Shown here in pieces: positions 52,031 to 64,000 of a stretch of 64,000 bases of DNA. The stretch spans positions 393,452,001-393,516,000 of the forward strand of contig OZ024740.1 of NCBI GenBank assembly GCA_964016885.1, written 5' to 3'. How positions within the stretch are numbered: the stretch's first letter is position 1; every line of letters begins with the position of its first letter. Source of the DNA: Eledone cirrhosa (lineage: Eukaryota). Below the pieces are notes generated by a model, which did no database searches, was not told where the DNA came from, and saw nothing but the letters and a program-made list of their open reading frames with translations. The position numbers were made by a program, and so were the translations under genes.

Positions 52031-52219
52031 CAGGCTGAAGCTTATATATAGTGTACACCATCTTCACCTCCACCCTACCCCACTCTTAAGAAATCTCAAA
52101 TGCAGAAAATATCTGTCACTACAGTCAATTGCTATAAATAATAGCTTAGAAAATCAGGTAAAATACCTCTATAGACAGAAAAGGTGGCTGCTGGCCACTA
52201 CAGAATATTGAACATTGTA

Positions 52220-52779
52220 CAGTGCAGGGCGATCAAAATTGATGGAAGTTACAGAGTAAGTAGACCCAGAAAAAACCTGAGACGATTTGATAAATTCCGA
52301 CCTGACACACTTACACTTCTCTAAGACAATGTCACTGGACCGTGATCTTTGGTGCTACGCAGTAATACAGAAGACCCTCCTTGCCTTTGTACAAAGCGAA
52401 ACCTACAGTCAGTAGGCACACCTTAACCAAATATACACCCCCATCCCACTACCCCCACGCCACCCTCCACTCCCACCAACACCAGCCTTTCTCTGTAAAG
52501 TTATGTTGGTACCACAACATCCAGTCCTAAATAAATGAGGTCGTATAGGTGTCACGCTGTAATGTGGTCGTGTAGGTAACACGGTAAAAACCTCCCAGTC
52601 CACACTATAAACGTGGTTGGTGTTAGGAAGGGCATTCAGCCATAGAAAACCTGCCAGACAGTCCTATGCGAGCGAGACACGGTCACCCGAGCAATCTTAC
52701 CTCAAGTGGGACAATTCCCGTCTAAACCCATGCTAGCATGGAAGATAGACATTAAACGATGATGATGATGATGATGATG
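52220..52779 (+). mobile_element. RTE-PHD family 3' fragment with (GAT)n tail
   Basis: Matches 28585-29125. Confidence 0.9.
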
Positions 52780-53824
52780 TACCTTTCGATTCTCTATAAT
52801 CTGACGGCAACTTTTTCCAGCTATAGATGTATTTTACACAATTTTCTAAGCTATTATTTATAGCAATCAACTGTAGTTTACAGTTATTTTCTGTGTTTGG
52901 GATTTTTCTACATTTCCTAAGAATTTCAACTCACTCAAGGCTCTGATGGTTTGTTTAGAAATGTTGATATATATATATATATACTTACATTGTTGGTGTT
53001 ATAATAAAATGCATCCAGTGCACTCTGTAAAGAGGATGGCATTAGAAAGAAATTATGCCAAAAATGGAATGTATGTTATCTGCAAGATGTGGTTCTTACA
53101 ACCTCTTCTTGTCTCAGATAGTGACAACTTCTCCAGCCCATGCCAGCATGAAAAATGGACATAAAACGACGATGATGTAAACATAGACACACACAGACAT
53201 ATATATCTTAGTAGTCCTGATATACATGACAGTAATCTAGAATACATGCTTTTGAGAGTCAAATTTGTAGTTCAAATAATGTTAGTGATGTCAATCTCTT
53301 TTGCCTTTTCTTTCTTCTCAAAGCTGTATAAATAACCACCCATAGTCCACTAGGGTTAAGTCATTCAGCTGTTCTCTTTTATATGGCATTCCCCTCATGC
53401 CCAAGAAAGAAATCATTATATAGGTCTATAGATAAACAGATTTTTGTATTCTAAGAGATTCAGTATCATTGAATAACAACGACCCTGGGTGGTTGCACAG
53501 GAAACACAGATGTAAGGGGAAAGGTTTTCAAGTAGAATCTTCTATCATGATTCTAGTATTTCATGGTAAAAGAAATGAGAAGTTGCTGTTAAGTTTTCAA
53601 CAAGATCTTGAAGATAAAGGTGTTTTCTTTAATTCATTCCAATCAACACTTGGGGAATAACGAGGGAATAAAAAGTGCAAAGGAAACATGAAGGATGAAA
53701 TATAAATAAAACAAAATAACAATATAGTTATTTTGACTAGACACACAATGGCCTATTTATATAGAATTATTGTTGGACCCCCCCCCCCCAAAAAAAAGAA
53801 AAAAAAATCAGTGTGTGTATGTAC

Positions 53825-53865
<41 letters not shown>

Positions 53866-56126
53866 TGCCAGTTTGTTACTATTACTGCAACTATATATAT
53901 ACATATACACATACATGTACACACAAAATTAGTTTATTACTACTGCACTTTATTTAGACACAGTAAAGAATAAATGTTAATGTTGATTCAATTTCGGTTG
54001 GAATTCAGAACAGTGTAAATTCCATACAGCTAAAAGACACTGTAAAGTACATATATATCCTTGACCAATGAAAACTGACACATAGCTCTGGGTTTATGGC
54101 ATGAAGAGGGTGTAAGATAAATCCTACCAACCTGGATATGATACCAGTTTTCCAGGATAACATTCCTAGATGAACTGCTAATAAACAGGTGAGTTGACAC
54201 CAACTCAGCTGAAAGCTGTTTATTTTAATGTGCTTATATTTATCTAAAAATCTTATAGAAGAAACTGTTTGGCTATGATTCAAACATTAACTAAATAATG
54301 AGAAAGTTAATTATTACTAAATTCCTCAGAATTCCTGGTAATTTAAAAATATTGTTCATTAGGGTTCAAGTGGACAGACCATAAGCAATATGAAATGCCT
54401 GCAGTGTGTATGAAATACTTGCACATGGACTTAAAGTTGATAGTTCCCTACTTTATCTACAAGAGCATTTAATCAAATACATGCTCATGCATTGGCTCAG
54501 AATATGTCCTTTTAGGTAAACATATTTTGATTAAAAGGTAATGGTGTCAATAGAGTGGTGGTTCATTTTATGGCCATAGCATCTGTATATGTGTGTGTTT
54601 GTGCATGTATACATCACCATCAATATCATAATCATCATGTTCATCATTATCATTTAACATGTTTTGGAAATGTTTGCAAACTGGAGATGTTATGGACTAC
54701 AAACTATTCAAGGGACTTGGATAATCATAATATTGGCTCCCATTCTGTTTCTTATTATGTCATTGGACTTCTGTTTTTTGGGGATTTTTCAACTCCCATA
54801 TTTACTATTATCATAGAGCACCAGCATCGTATCTTGAAGAAGTGTAGTTTATATACAAGTGAATTGAACAGTTAAACTTAACAACATTAGCTTGTCATTT
54901 GTCATATATGATTTCAACACATCATCATGTACAGTTGTCAATATAAGAGGCAACGTAGTCACGTAACCTGTTAAACATAGTAGCCACATAACCCTCAAAT
55001 TACACTTTACTCTTAAAAACATGAAGGACATTGGAAAACTGGTCATTGATACATTGTGTCTGAATAAAAGAATAGATGGTTATAGCCAGAATGATTTTGA
55101 CCAAATGTCTGCTCAATTAGAGCAACAACAACATCGTGAATATTATACTGCTATGTTTTTAAAAATTTCTGCTCAGCCCTAATTGTTCAAACTTGTGTTC
55201 AAAGGCATTTCAGTCGCAACAATCACATCTGTTTTTCAAGCCTAATTTATCTCACACTACAATCAGAGTAAGTTTTAAGGAGGATTAAACAGCCATTTCT
55301 AGCAAGTTAAGCAATAAGTATAGTCTCCTTCACTAGTTCATTCTATATCTGTTTAGGTAAATGTATTTTGATTAAAGTTTTATAGTGTTAATGTGGTGGC
55401 AGTTCAATATATAGCCACAGTACTTGTATGAGTGCGTGTGTGTGTAAGTGCATGCCAGTTTACATACATATTTGCACACACACACACACAGACATATATA
55501 TATTTATACATACATATGTACACACACTCACACCCAGCTGTCTGGATCACTAACTTTATACACTATGAACTAAAATGTAATTTTATTAGCTTGGTTGACT
55601 AATTTTACATATTAGCATGACAAACTCACTTTACATCTGTTTCTACTAGCCTAAGTTATTACTTTACATAACATGTACCAAAGACTATTCCTATCAGCTG
55701 AGGCCATTAGCTGTATTATATACACATATATATATACATACATATATACACACATGCACACACACACATATATATACATACACATACATGTATATGAACA
55801 TATTCACACACACACATATATATATAGACATGTATATGCACATATTCACACACATATATATATATATATATATACAGAAATATATATATATATATATATA
55901 TATACATACATACATACATACATACATACATACATACACTCACATATATTCACACATATATGCATACATATACACACATATATATATATACACACACACA
56001 CATGCATACATTTACATATACACAAACACACATATATATGTTAAGTATAAACAATGAAGTTTCATTTACATATTTTTATGGATTATCGCTCTGTTACATA
56101 CATTTCACACTATGTGTGTGTGTGAG

Positions 56127-56183
<57 letters not shown>

Positions 56184-57022
56184 GGTTGGTGTTAAGAAGG
56201 GTGTCCAGCCATAGAAACAAGGCCAAAATAAAGGAATGAGCAGGACATAGGCACTGGGTATGCTTATTGGGCAGATCACCAATACTAGGGAGGTTGTAAT
56301 GTCCTTGACATGACTGAAGTGTCCTCCCAACTCTTTGTTTGGCAAGCTTTCTACAGCTAGATGCCATTCATATCACCATCCACTTTACAGTAGCAGAATA
56401 CCTGACATTAACCAGGTTGAAAAGTGGGCAATAAATGTACTACAATTCTTCTTAAGGAAGACATTTTCAGTTTAATATAGCACTATTGAATTTCTTTTGA
56501 AAAGTTATCTTTCATGTAAGAAATTAATTTTTCACAAACATTTATAGTATTTCGGTGTCTAATGCACTGTGCTAGAGATACACAATATGAATACTATTCT
56601 TTATAATTCAATAGTGTAAATACCATATAGCTAATTCATGTGTGTTAAATAAGAACACTGGATTATATGAAAGTGAAAACAATTTTAATTTGAAACTATT
56701 ATTGAACATAATACTTTATATATATTTTTTTTAAAATGCCACAGTGTGAGGATGGAAACTACAATTCAAAATAAAATAGTTCTTATAATATAAAGTGCTA
56801 AGAGACAGAATTACAGATACACTCCACTCAACAGGCTTTCAAACAGGAACATGCCATCAGCAATAATTGAAACAATAAAGAGAGCCATCTAAAGTTACAG
56901 AGAAATTGAAGAAAAGTAACTTTAAATGAAAATGTAAATTGGAAAGTAAAAGAGAAAAAGTCACAAATATGAGCACTGAGACATTTGCAAGTCACGCTCT
57001 TGTGCCAATACAATAAAATAAT

Positions 57023-57345
57023 AGGGTAAAGACCCCCTTCAGGCATGATTGACCATGGAATTAACACCTAGAAAGTTCTTCTCTGAAGCACAAGTCCAGG
57101 CCAGTTATCACCCATGCATACCAGTCTCCCTTCTCCATGCCACCAATGTTATCCAAGGGAAAGGAAAAGGCCAATACAGCTTAGCACCAGTGACACTGCA
57201 ACTGATTTCTACAGCTGAGTAAACTGGAGCAACGTGAAGTAAAGTGTATTGCTCAAGAACACAATGCAAAGTCCGGTCATAGAATCGAACTCACAACTTC
57301 ATGATAGCAAGCCCAATGCTCTAACCACTAAGCCATGTGCCTTCA
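57023..57345 (-). mobile_element. tRNA-headed CORE-like SINE, third tail type
   Basis: Reverse complement of head GAAGGCACATGGCTTAGTGGTTAGAGC and core TTCTTGAGCAATACACTT; different 3' half. Confidence 0.82.
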
Positions 57346-57501
57346 CTATTTTAAGCTAAAGCGAAAGAAATCACAAAGATTAACAGATAGGGAGAAACTG
57401 AAAGAATGATAGAGTAGGAGAGACAGAATGTGAGAGAGCAAGGAAAAACAAAGAAAAAAAGTTAAAGGAAGAGACAGATGACTGGAGGCATGAAGTTGTA
57501 A

Positions 57502-57541
<40 letters not shown>

Positions 57542-58112
57542 GAGAGAGTAGTAAAACAAATTGATTCATCACTGTGGTAGTAGCAGAGAAGAAAGCGATA
57601 GCTAAATACAAAAGAAAGATGAGGAGATGAAAGTGCGATGAAGAGTAAAAAGAGGTGCTGAAAGCTTTTAATTATTTTGACTTAATAAATTAATAGGCGA
57701 CCAGTGCTTTGAGAAAACAACACCAAACTTCAGCACTGAGCATATCAAAAAATCGAAATAACAGAAGTAAGCTTTATTCCATCATTATGTTTTTCTGTTT
57801 TTTTTCTGTTCAAATTCTAGCTGCCTCATGAGGTCATAGCTGTTGCATAACAGTTATCACCAAAATATATATAACAACGAATATAATTAAATGAAGTTCA
57901 TTTTAACCTGTTGACTTATATTTATTGTTTTTACATATGTCTGTGTGTGTGTGTATGCATATATAGATATGTATGTATATATATTTGTATGTATATATGC
58001 ATGTATGCAATTATAATAATACTGGACTGTAGTACGATCGGCTTCAACTATACAAACTCTTGAAAGTCAACAGTTGACATAATCTTGTAATCTTGTAGCA
58101 GTAATGACGGTA

Positions 58113-58151
<39 letters not shown>

Positions 58152-58273
58152 AGTAGAGTAGCGTGTGTGTGTTTGTTTGTATGTATGAGTGTTGCTGTGT
58201 GAGCGCATATGTATGCGCGTGTGTGTATGTCGTATGTATAAGTGTCAATAAGTGATTTTTTTTTTTTTTTTTT

Positions 58274-61200
58274 GCGCGGGGACATAGAAATAATCAGGCT
58301 GGATGCCCGATCGCGCAGTTAAACCACTGGGAGTGAAGAACCCCTAGCCCTTGTCAGAGCATTCTTCTAGGAGAAGGCATCTCAGGAAACTGGGTTAACT
58401 CTGACATAAAACCTGCGGCTCAGTATTACCAATGATGTTGATCTTTTCTTCTTTTCGGGTTATAGCTACTGTCGCTCAGAGAGTGGGATTGGCTCAGTGC
58501 ACAGTCTTTCTTCACTTTAAAAATATTCGTCATGCACAGGCATTGCACGAGTGCATTAATAATTATTAATAGTGTATTATTAATAGTGTATTATTATTAT
58601 TATTATTATTACTATTATTATTACTTTTTTTTTTTTTTTTTTTTTTTCCCCCCAATTCAATGATGTTCCGGAACAATATAAAAGAGATAATTGGCAATTT
58701 AGGTTCTGGAACAAAAAAAATCATTGGTAATAAGGGCAGGGGCCCCAGGTTATCACAGCCTGGGCCCGCTCGTCATCGTGCCATTGTAATAGAGCCAAAC
58801 AAGGCATTTAATCTTGGCTGCTGGAACGTACGGACGCTGCTTGACAGGGATTCCTTGGAGCGTCCTGAACGAAGGACCGCTCTTGTTGCAAAGGAGCTTC
58901 GACATTACGATCTTGACATCGTGGCTTTATCTGAGACGAGGTTAGCTGGAGATGGTCATCTTACGGAATTTTGTGGAGAATATACATTCTTCTGGAAAGG
59001 AAGAGATGAAGGAACCAGAAGAGAGGCTGGGGTAGGATTTGCTGTTAAGACTGTACTTGTGAACAAATTAGAAGAATTCCCAGTAGGGATTAGTGAGCGT
59101 CTTATGTCCATGAGAGTTCCGCTGGACAAGGGAAGATATGCTACCTTGGTGAGTGTGTATGCTCCAACTATGAGTTCTGTCGATGAGGAAAAGGTGTCCT
59201 TTTACCATGCCTTGAAAGGTGTTTTAAGAAATATCCCTCAGGCAGACAAATTCATCGTGCTTGGTGACTTTAATGCTAGAGTGGGTAGGGATTTTAACAC
59301 ATGGAATGTAATCGGAAGACATGGGGTGACAAAGTGTAACAGCAATGGTATGCTCCTGCTGCAGTGGTGTGAGGAGCTGGATCTGTGTGTTACCAACACC
59401 ATGTTCCAACAAAAGAACAAATTCAAGACCACATGGATGCATCTAAGGAATGGCATCTTTTGGACTACGTCCTAATCAGGATGCGTGACAGACAGGATGT
59501 GCAGTGTGTTCGTGTTCTTCGTGGAGCTGAGTGCTGGACGGACCACCGCCTGGTACGCACAAAAGTGAAACTAATCACTAAACGTAAAATCCGGGCTCCT
59601 GGTGTTGCCCTGCCCAAAAGATTGAATGCTGCTCGTCTTAAGGATAAAAATGTGAAGAGGACATTGGAAGAAGAGATGCAGGCTGCAGATCTTGGTGAGG
59701 ATTGGCCGACCCTTAAAAAGTCGGTTTATGATGTAGGCAGGCGTGTTCTGGGATTGGCGCAGAGGAAACATCAGGACTGGTTTAATGAGAATGATGTACA
59801 TATAGAAGACTTGTTGGCTGATAAGAGGCGTGCTCTGTCACGCTACTTGACGGCAAAGCCAAAGGAGAGGAATATGTTGCATGAGGAACCCAGGGATGTA
59901 AAATCACGTGTTAGGCGGAGTCTTTCTCAGATGAAGGATCAGTGGTGGAGTGAGAAGGCTGGTGAGATACAAACTGCGTCTGATTCCAATAACACAAAGC
60001 TGTTGTACAGTCTCTTGCGTGAGGTTTATGGACCGTCTTCTTCTCTGGTGACACCGCTTCGCAGCAAGGATGGCAAAGAACTTCTTCGTGACTCACAAGG
60101 AATTCTACGAAGGTGGCAAGAGCACTTTGATGATCTTTTGAATCAGCCGTCTGTCGTCAGTGAAGATTTCCTCAATCTCATTCCAGAAAGTCCTGTGAAA
60201 GTAGCTCTCGCAGAACCTCCGACGCTTGTGGAGGTTGTAGTGGCTATTTCGAAGCTGAACAGTGGAAGATCTCCAGGTATGGATGGCATACATGCTGGGC
60301 TCCTACAATATGGTGGTGAGAGACTCCTGCAACATCTTCACTCTTTGTTTGGCAGGATATGGGCTAATGAATCCGTACCTGAGGACTGGAGAGATGCAGT
60401 AATGGTGGTCTTGTACAAGGGAAAGGGTAACAGGAACGATTGTGAGAACTACAGAGGTATATCATTGCTTTCTGTCGTAGGGAAAGTTTTATGTAGGGTG
60501 CTTCTGGACCGTCTGCTGACACACATTGCAGATTGTGTTCTTCCTGAAAGTCAATCTGGTTTTCGTGCTGGACGCGGCACTACTGATATGATCTTCTCAG
60601 CTAGACAGCTCCAGGAGAAGTGCATGGAACAAGGCTTGGATCTGTATCAGGTTTTTGTCGATCTGACAAAAGCTTTCGATACTGTTAACAGAGATGCATT
60701 ATGGAAGGTTCTCCAGAAACTTGGTTGTCCTGATAAGTTCCTTGCTTTAGTTAGGTCTTTCCATGACGACATGAAGGCTTGGGTTAATGTCGGGGGTAAC
60801 ATATCGGAGCCTATCTCAGTAAAAAATGGAGTGAAACAGGGGGATATTCCAGCACCGACCCTGTTTGCCATATACTTTGCAATGGTTATGGTGTTTACAT
60901 CCGATATCGAACCTCAGGCAGCATATTTAACATCAGGTGCTTTGCTGCGAAGACAAAAGTATTTACATCAATCATAAGAGACCTCTTGTATGCAGATGAT
61001 TGCGATCTTGTAGTGCACACAGAGAGTGATATGCAGCACATTTTGAATGCATTTTCTGATGCTTGCACTGCCCTAGGTCTGACTGTCAGTCTCAAGAAAA
61101 CCGTTGTCATGTACCAGCCTGCCCCTGGTAAGCAGTACACTGAACCAAACATCTATGTGTATGGCAAACGACTTGGAGTGGTTGATCAGTTTGTCTACCT

Positions 61201-61947
61201 GGGAAGCACTGTCAATCGATACAGCAACCTTGACAGTGAAATCTCACTTAGGATTAGGAAAGCAAGTGATGCTTTCGGAAAGCTAGAAAGGCGACTCTGG
61301 GGTCGGCGAGACATATGCAGGAGGACAAAGGTAAAGGTATACAGGGCATGTGTGCTCTCTTGTCTTCTTTATGCCTGCGAGACCTGGGTCACATATCGAC
61401 ACCACCTTAAGCAATTGGAGCGTTTCCATCAGATGTGTCTCAGACGGATCCATGGCGTTCACTGGAGCGACCACATCAGTGATGTCGAGATTTTGGAAAG
61501 CTCTATGTGTGACAGTATAGAAGCTCTTGTGCTTAAGCAACGACTCCGTTCGAGTGGTCACCTTGCCAGGATGAAGGATTCTAGAATACCAAAACAACTC
61601 TTTTATGGAGAGTTGGTTAAAGGAAAACGGCCGCCACATAAACCAAAAAAGAGGTATAAGGATTCCTTGAAAGCCTCTCTGAAAGACACTAACATCTCTG
61701 CTGATACATGGGAGAATATTGCTGCTGATCGTAATAAATGGAGAAAGACTGTATATGAGGGAAAAGTTGCCTTTGAGGCATCTCGAATCGCATACGAGAA
61801 AGTAAAGCGGGATGTGAGGAAGGGCATTGCTGTTGCACTTCCAGACGGCGAGGGTCTTCCTATGGTGCTGACATGCAGTGTATGTACGAGACTCTGCCTA
61901 AGCAAAGCTGGACTCGAAAGTCATCTTCGCAGTCATTATTTTCTTTT

Positions 61948-61986
<39 letters not shown>

Positions 61987-62057
61987 TTTCTTTTTTCTTT
62001 TTTTTTTCTTTCTCCTCGTGCAATGGCCATACTCGATAACGAGGGGGCAGCCATCAT
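58274..62057 (+). mobile_element. Near full-length RTE/BovB-type LINE
   Basis: 5'UTR with TTCTAGGAGAAGG..AACTCTGA motif; APE endonuclease; RT; C-terminal CxxC..HxxxH finger; terminal hairpin CTCG-ATAA-CGAG. Confidence 0.93.
58660..61937 (+). pseudogene. APE endonuclease-RT-zinc finger ORF broken by two frameshifting deletions
   Basis: WNVRTL, ALSETR, YAPT, GDFNARVG, HLLDY, TDH (APE); NYRGISLL, QSGFR, FVDLTKAFD, GVKQG, YADD, YLGS (RT); frameshifts at about 59443 and 60890; no internal stops. Confidence 0.92.
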
Positions 62058-62074
62058 GTATATATGTATACTTA

Positions 62075-62360
62075 GTCAAACTTATGTGCTAGTGAGTAGG
62101 AAAGAAGATAAGACCCAGATTCCCTCAGGGAAGTGGCCATGCTCAATATGTAGAAAAAACGTAGACATAAACTCCATATAATGTACACAATGTAAATCTA
62201 GGGTACACAAAACATGTAGTGGGATAACGAATAGACTAACAGGAGGAGAGAACCTTGCCAGTAGAAGATGCACAGAAGAAATGGAGAGGAAGAGTGCCAA
62301 TGATATAAACCTTTTCCAGTCACAAGTAGGATCCATAGACGTGGTTGTTAGCTTCTCTTA
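62075..62360 (+). mobile_element. Degenerate RTE-PHD fragment (PHD region)
   Basis: [46 protein letters not shown]. Confidence 0.85.
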
Positions 62361-62402
62361 AATTATACCTTGCCATCATAACATTGGATAATGAAGTACT
62401 AA

Positions 62403-62624
62403 CCTTTTAGCATTTAAACCGGCTATATCTGGCCAGAATTTTTTTCACCTCATTCTGTTCAAACCGGCTGTAACCAGCCACTCATACTTATGTTAAGGTA
62501 TTGTTCTCCAAATAAATAATATCAAAATCTCATAGATTCGATATTACGTGAGATAATTATGCGAGGTAAAGCCTTTACCATGAAAATATAATAGTAAATA
62601 TAGAGTAATGTAAATGCTAAAGGG
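62403..62624. mobile_element. piggyBac-like MITE
   Basis: CTAA|CCTTTTAGCATTTA ... TAAATGCTAAAGGG|TTAA. Confidence 0.7.
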
Positions 62625-62947
62625 TTAAATAATATACATGATAAAAAGATAGGTTGGTAATATTCGGAACACTTTTGATCTTAGGTTTGCTCAATCAGGG
62701 CCAAGCTGGGGCTAAATGAGAAAAAAAAAAAATGATCAAATTTACGTATTTATCTTGAAATATATTTCCACCAGAATCATGAAGTAGATTTAAATTGTTT
62801 TGTTTGGTTCTGTGTGGGAAAGGTTTATATATTTACATCTACTAAAGTGTATATTTTGTGTGTAATGTGAAGTGAAATGAGATAAATTAGTTGATATGTA
62901 CAGAAGAGGCAGCAATGTATACCACAGGCTGTGTGGGAAAAGCGTTG

Positions 62948-63041
62948 TGAGTTACTGCCTAATGGCTGAACTCTTACTGCTTCGACAAGTTATCTACTAG
63001 CAGTCAACATGGCAAGAGCTCAGCCATTGGGCAGGAACTCA
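62948..63041. repeat. ~95-nt imperfect hairpin
   Basis: TGAGTTACTGCCTAATGGCTGAACTCTT pairs with AAGAGCTCAGCCATTGGGCAGGAACTCA. Confidence 0.75.
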
Positions 63042-63816
63042 TTACATTATATATTTATATATATATATATATTTAATTTTACCTTGCTCTTACTACCATG
63101 TTTCATTAAGTCAGATTTCCAAAACATGAATATATATATAAAAGTCTCTCTTTTAGACTCTTTCACATGAAATATGTTTTGTCCTCTATTCTAATAATTA
63201 CTGTCTGGTCCAAAATAGAACTTAGCCTACTACTAGGTTCTGTGTTCTGAATTACATTCATACATACACACACTAAGTAAAACAATACAGAAGAAATCTT
63301 AACTTAAATCAATAACGTATGACACTTGTTTTATGAGGTTATCAGGCAACCTGGCTGTCACTTCTTGTATTACAGAACAATGAGAGAAAGAGAGAGAGAG
63401 AGAGGGTGAATATGAGAGAGAGAGGGTGAATATGAGAGAGGGAGTGGGAAAGAGAGCTGCTACTGCAGGAAATTGGACACTAACTGGTCAGCCATCCGTT
63501 CTATGCTAGTTAAGTACTTTTCACACAGATGGTTATTTTTCTCTTTCTCTTACATCATCGCTGCTGTATTCATGGATGTTAGAAATTGTCCTTGTTCATT
63601 GACTTGTACTAAAGCCTATAATGCTGTAATGGTTATCACCATGCTAAGTAGATTTAGCCATTTTACCTGCCTGCAGTTTCTTATAGGCACCACCCAGAGG
63701 GTAGCTGTAGTTATTTACAGCTGAACACATCCCCTACCTATGGTGCACAAAACATAATAGTTTTGGGGAATTTTTTTCCCCCATTACTATTATGTTTTGT
63801 ATGAGAATAACACACA

Positions 63817-63859
<43 letters not shown>

Positions 63860-64000
63860 CACACACACACACAAGCATACATATATACACCCATGCACAC
63901 ACATTTCTCTCTCACTCTCTCTATATATATATAATCATCATCATTTAACATCTGTTAGATGGGTTCTTACAGACCTAGTCATGACTTAATCAGGGTTCCT

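Overview
AT-rich, microsatellite-dense eukaryotic non-coding DNA with no recognisable host gene. The repeat content (tRNA-headed CORE- and Nin-like SINEs, RTE LINEs with (GAT)n tails, long TA/TATACA arrays) suggests an octopus/cephalopod genome, which is an inference. Almost all real coding signal is retroelement-derived: (i) a Penelope-like element (RT plus GIY-YIG, 1-1260) whose 3' repeat carries a hammerhead-ribozyme-like core, found again in an inverted fold-back copy at 32.8-34.3 kb; (ii) several copies of an RTE family with a C4HC3 PHD finger inserted inside the RT domain; (iii) a young 5'-truncated CR1-type LINE; (iv) a near full-length RTE/BovB-type LINE (58.3-62.1 kb) and a bipartite non-autonomous relative (35.5-36.1 kb); (v) a CRE-type restriction-like endonuclease remnant; (vi) many SINEs and MITEs. 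The most notable signals are an apparently co-varying 5'UTR-3'UTR helix and terminal hairpin shared by the two RTE/BovB elements, the PHD-in-RT architecture, the Penelope hammerhead core, TA satellites hosting insertions from unrelated retroelements, and repeated microsatellite-centred fold-back structures. All alignments were done by eye and boundaries are approximate.
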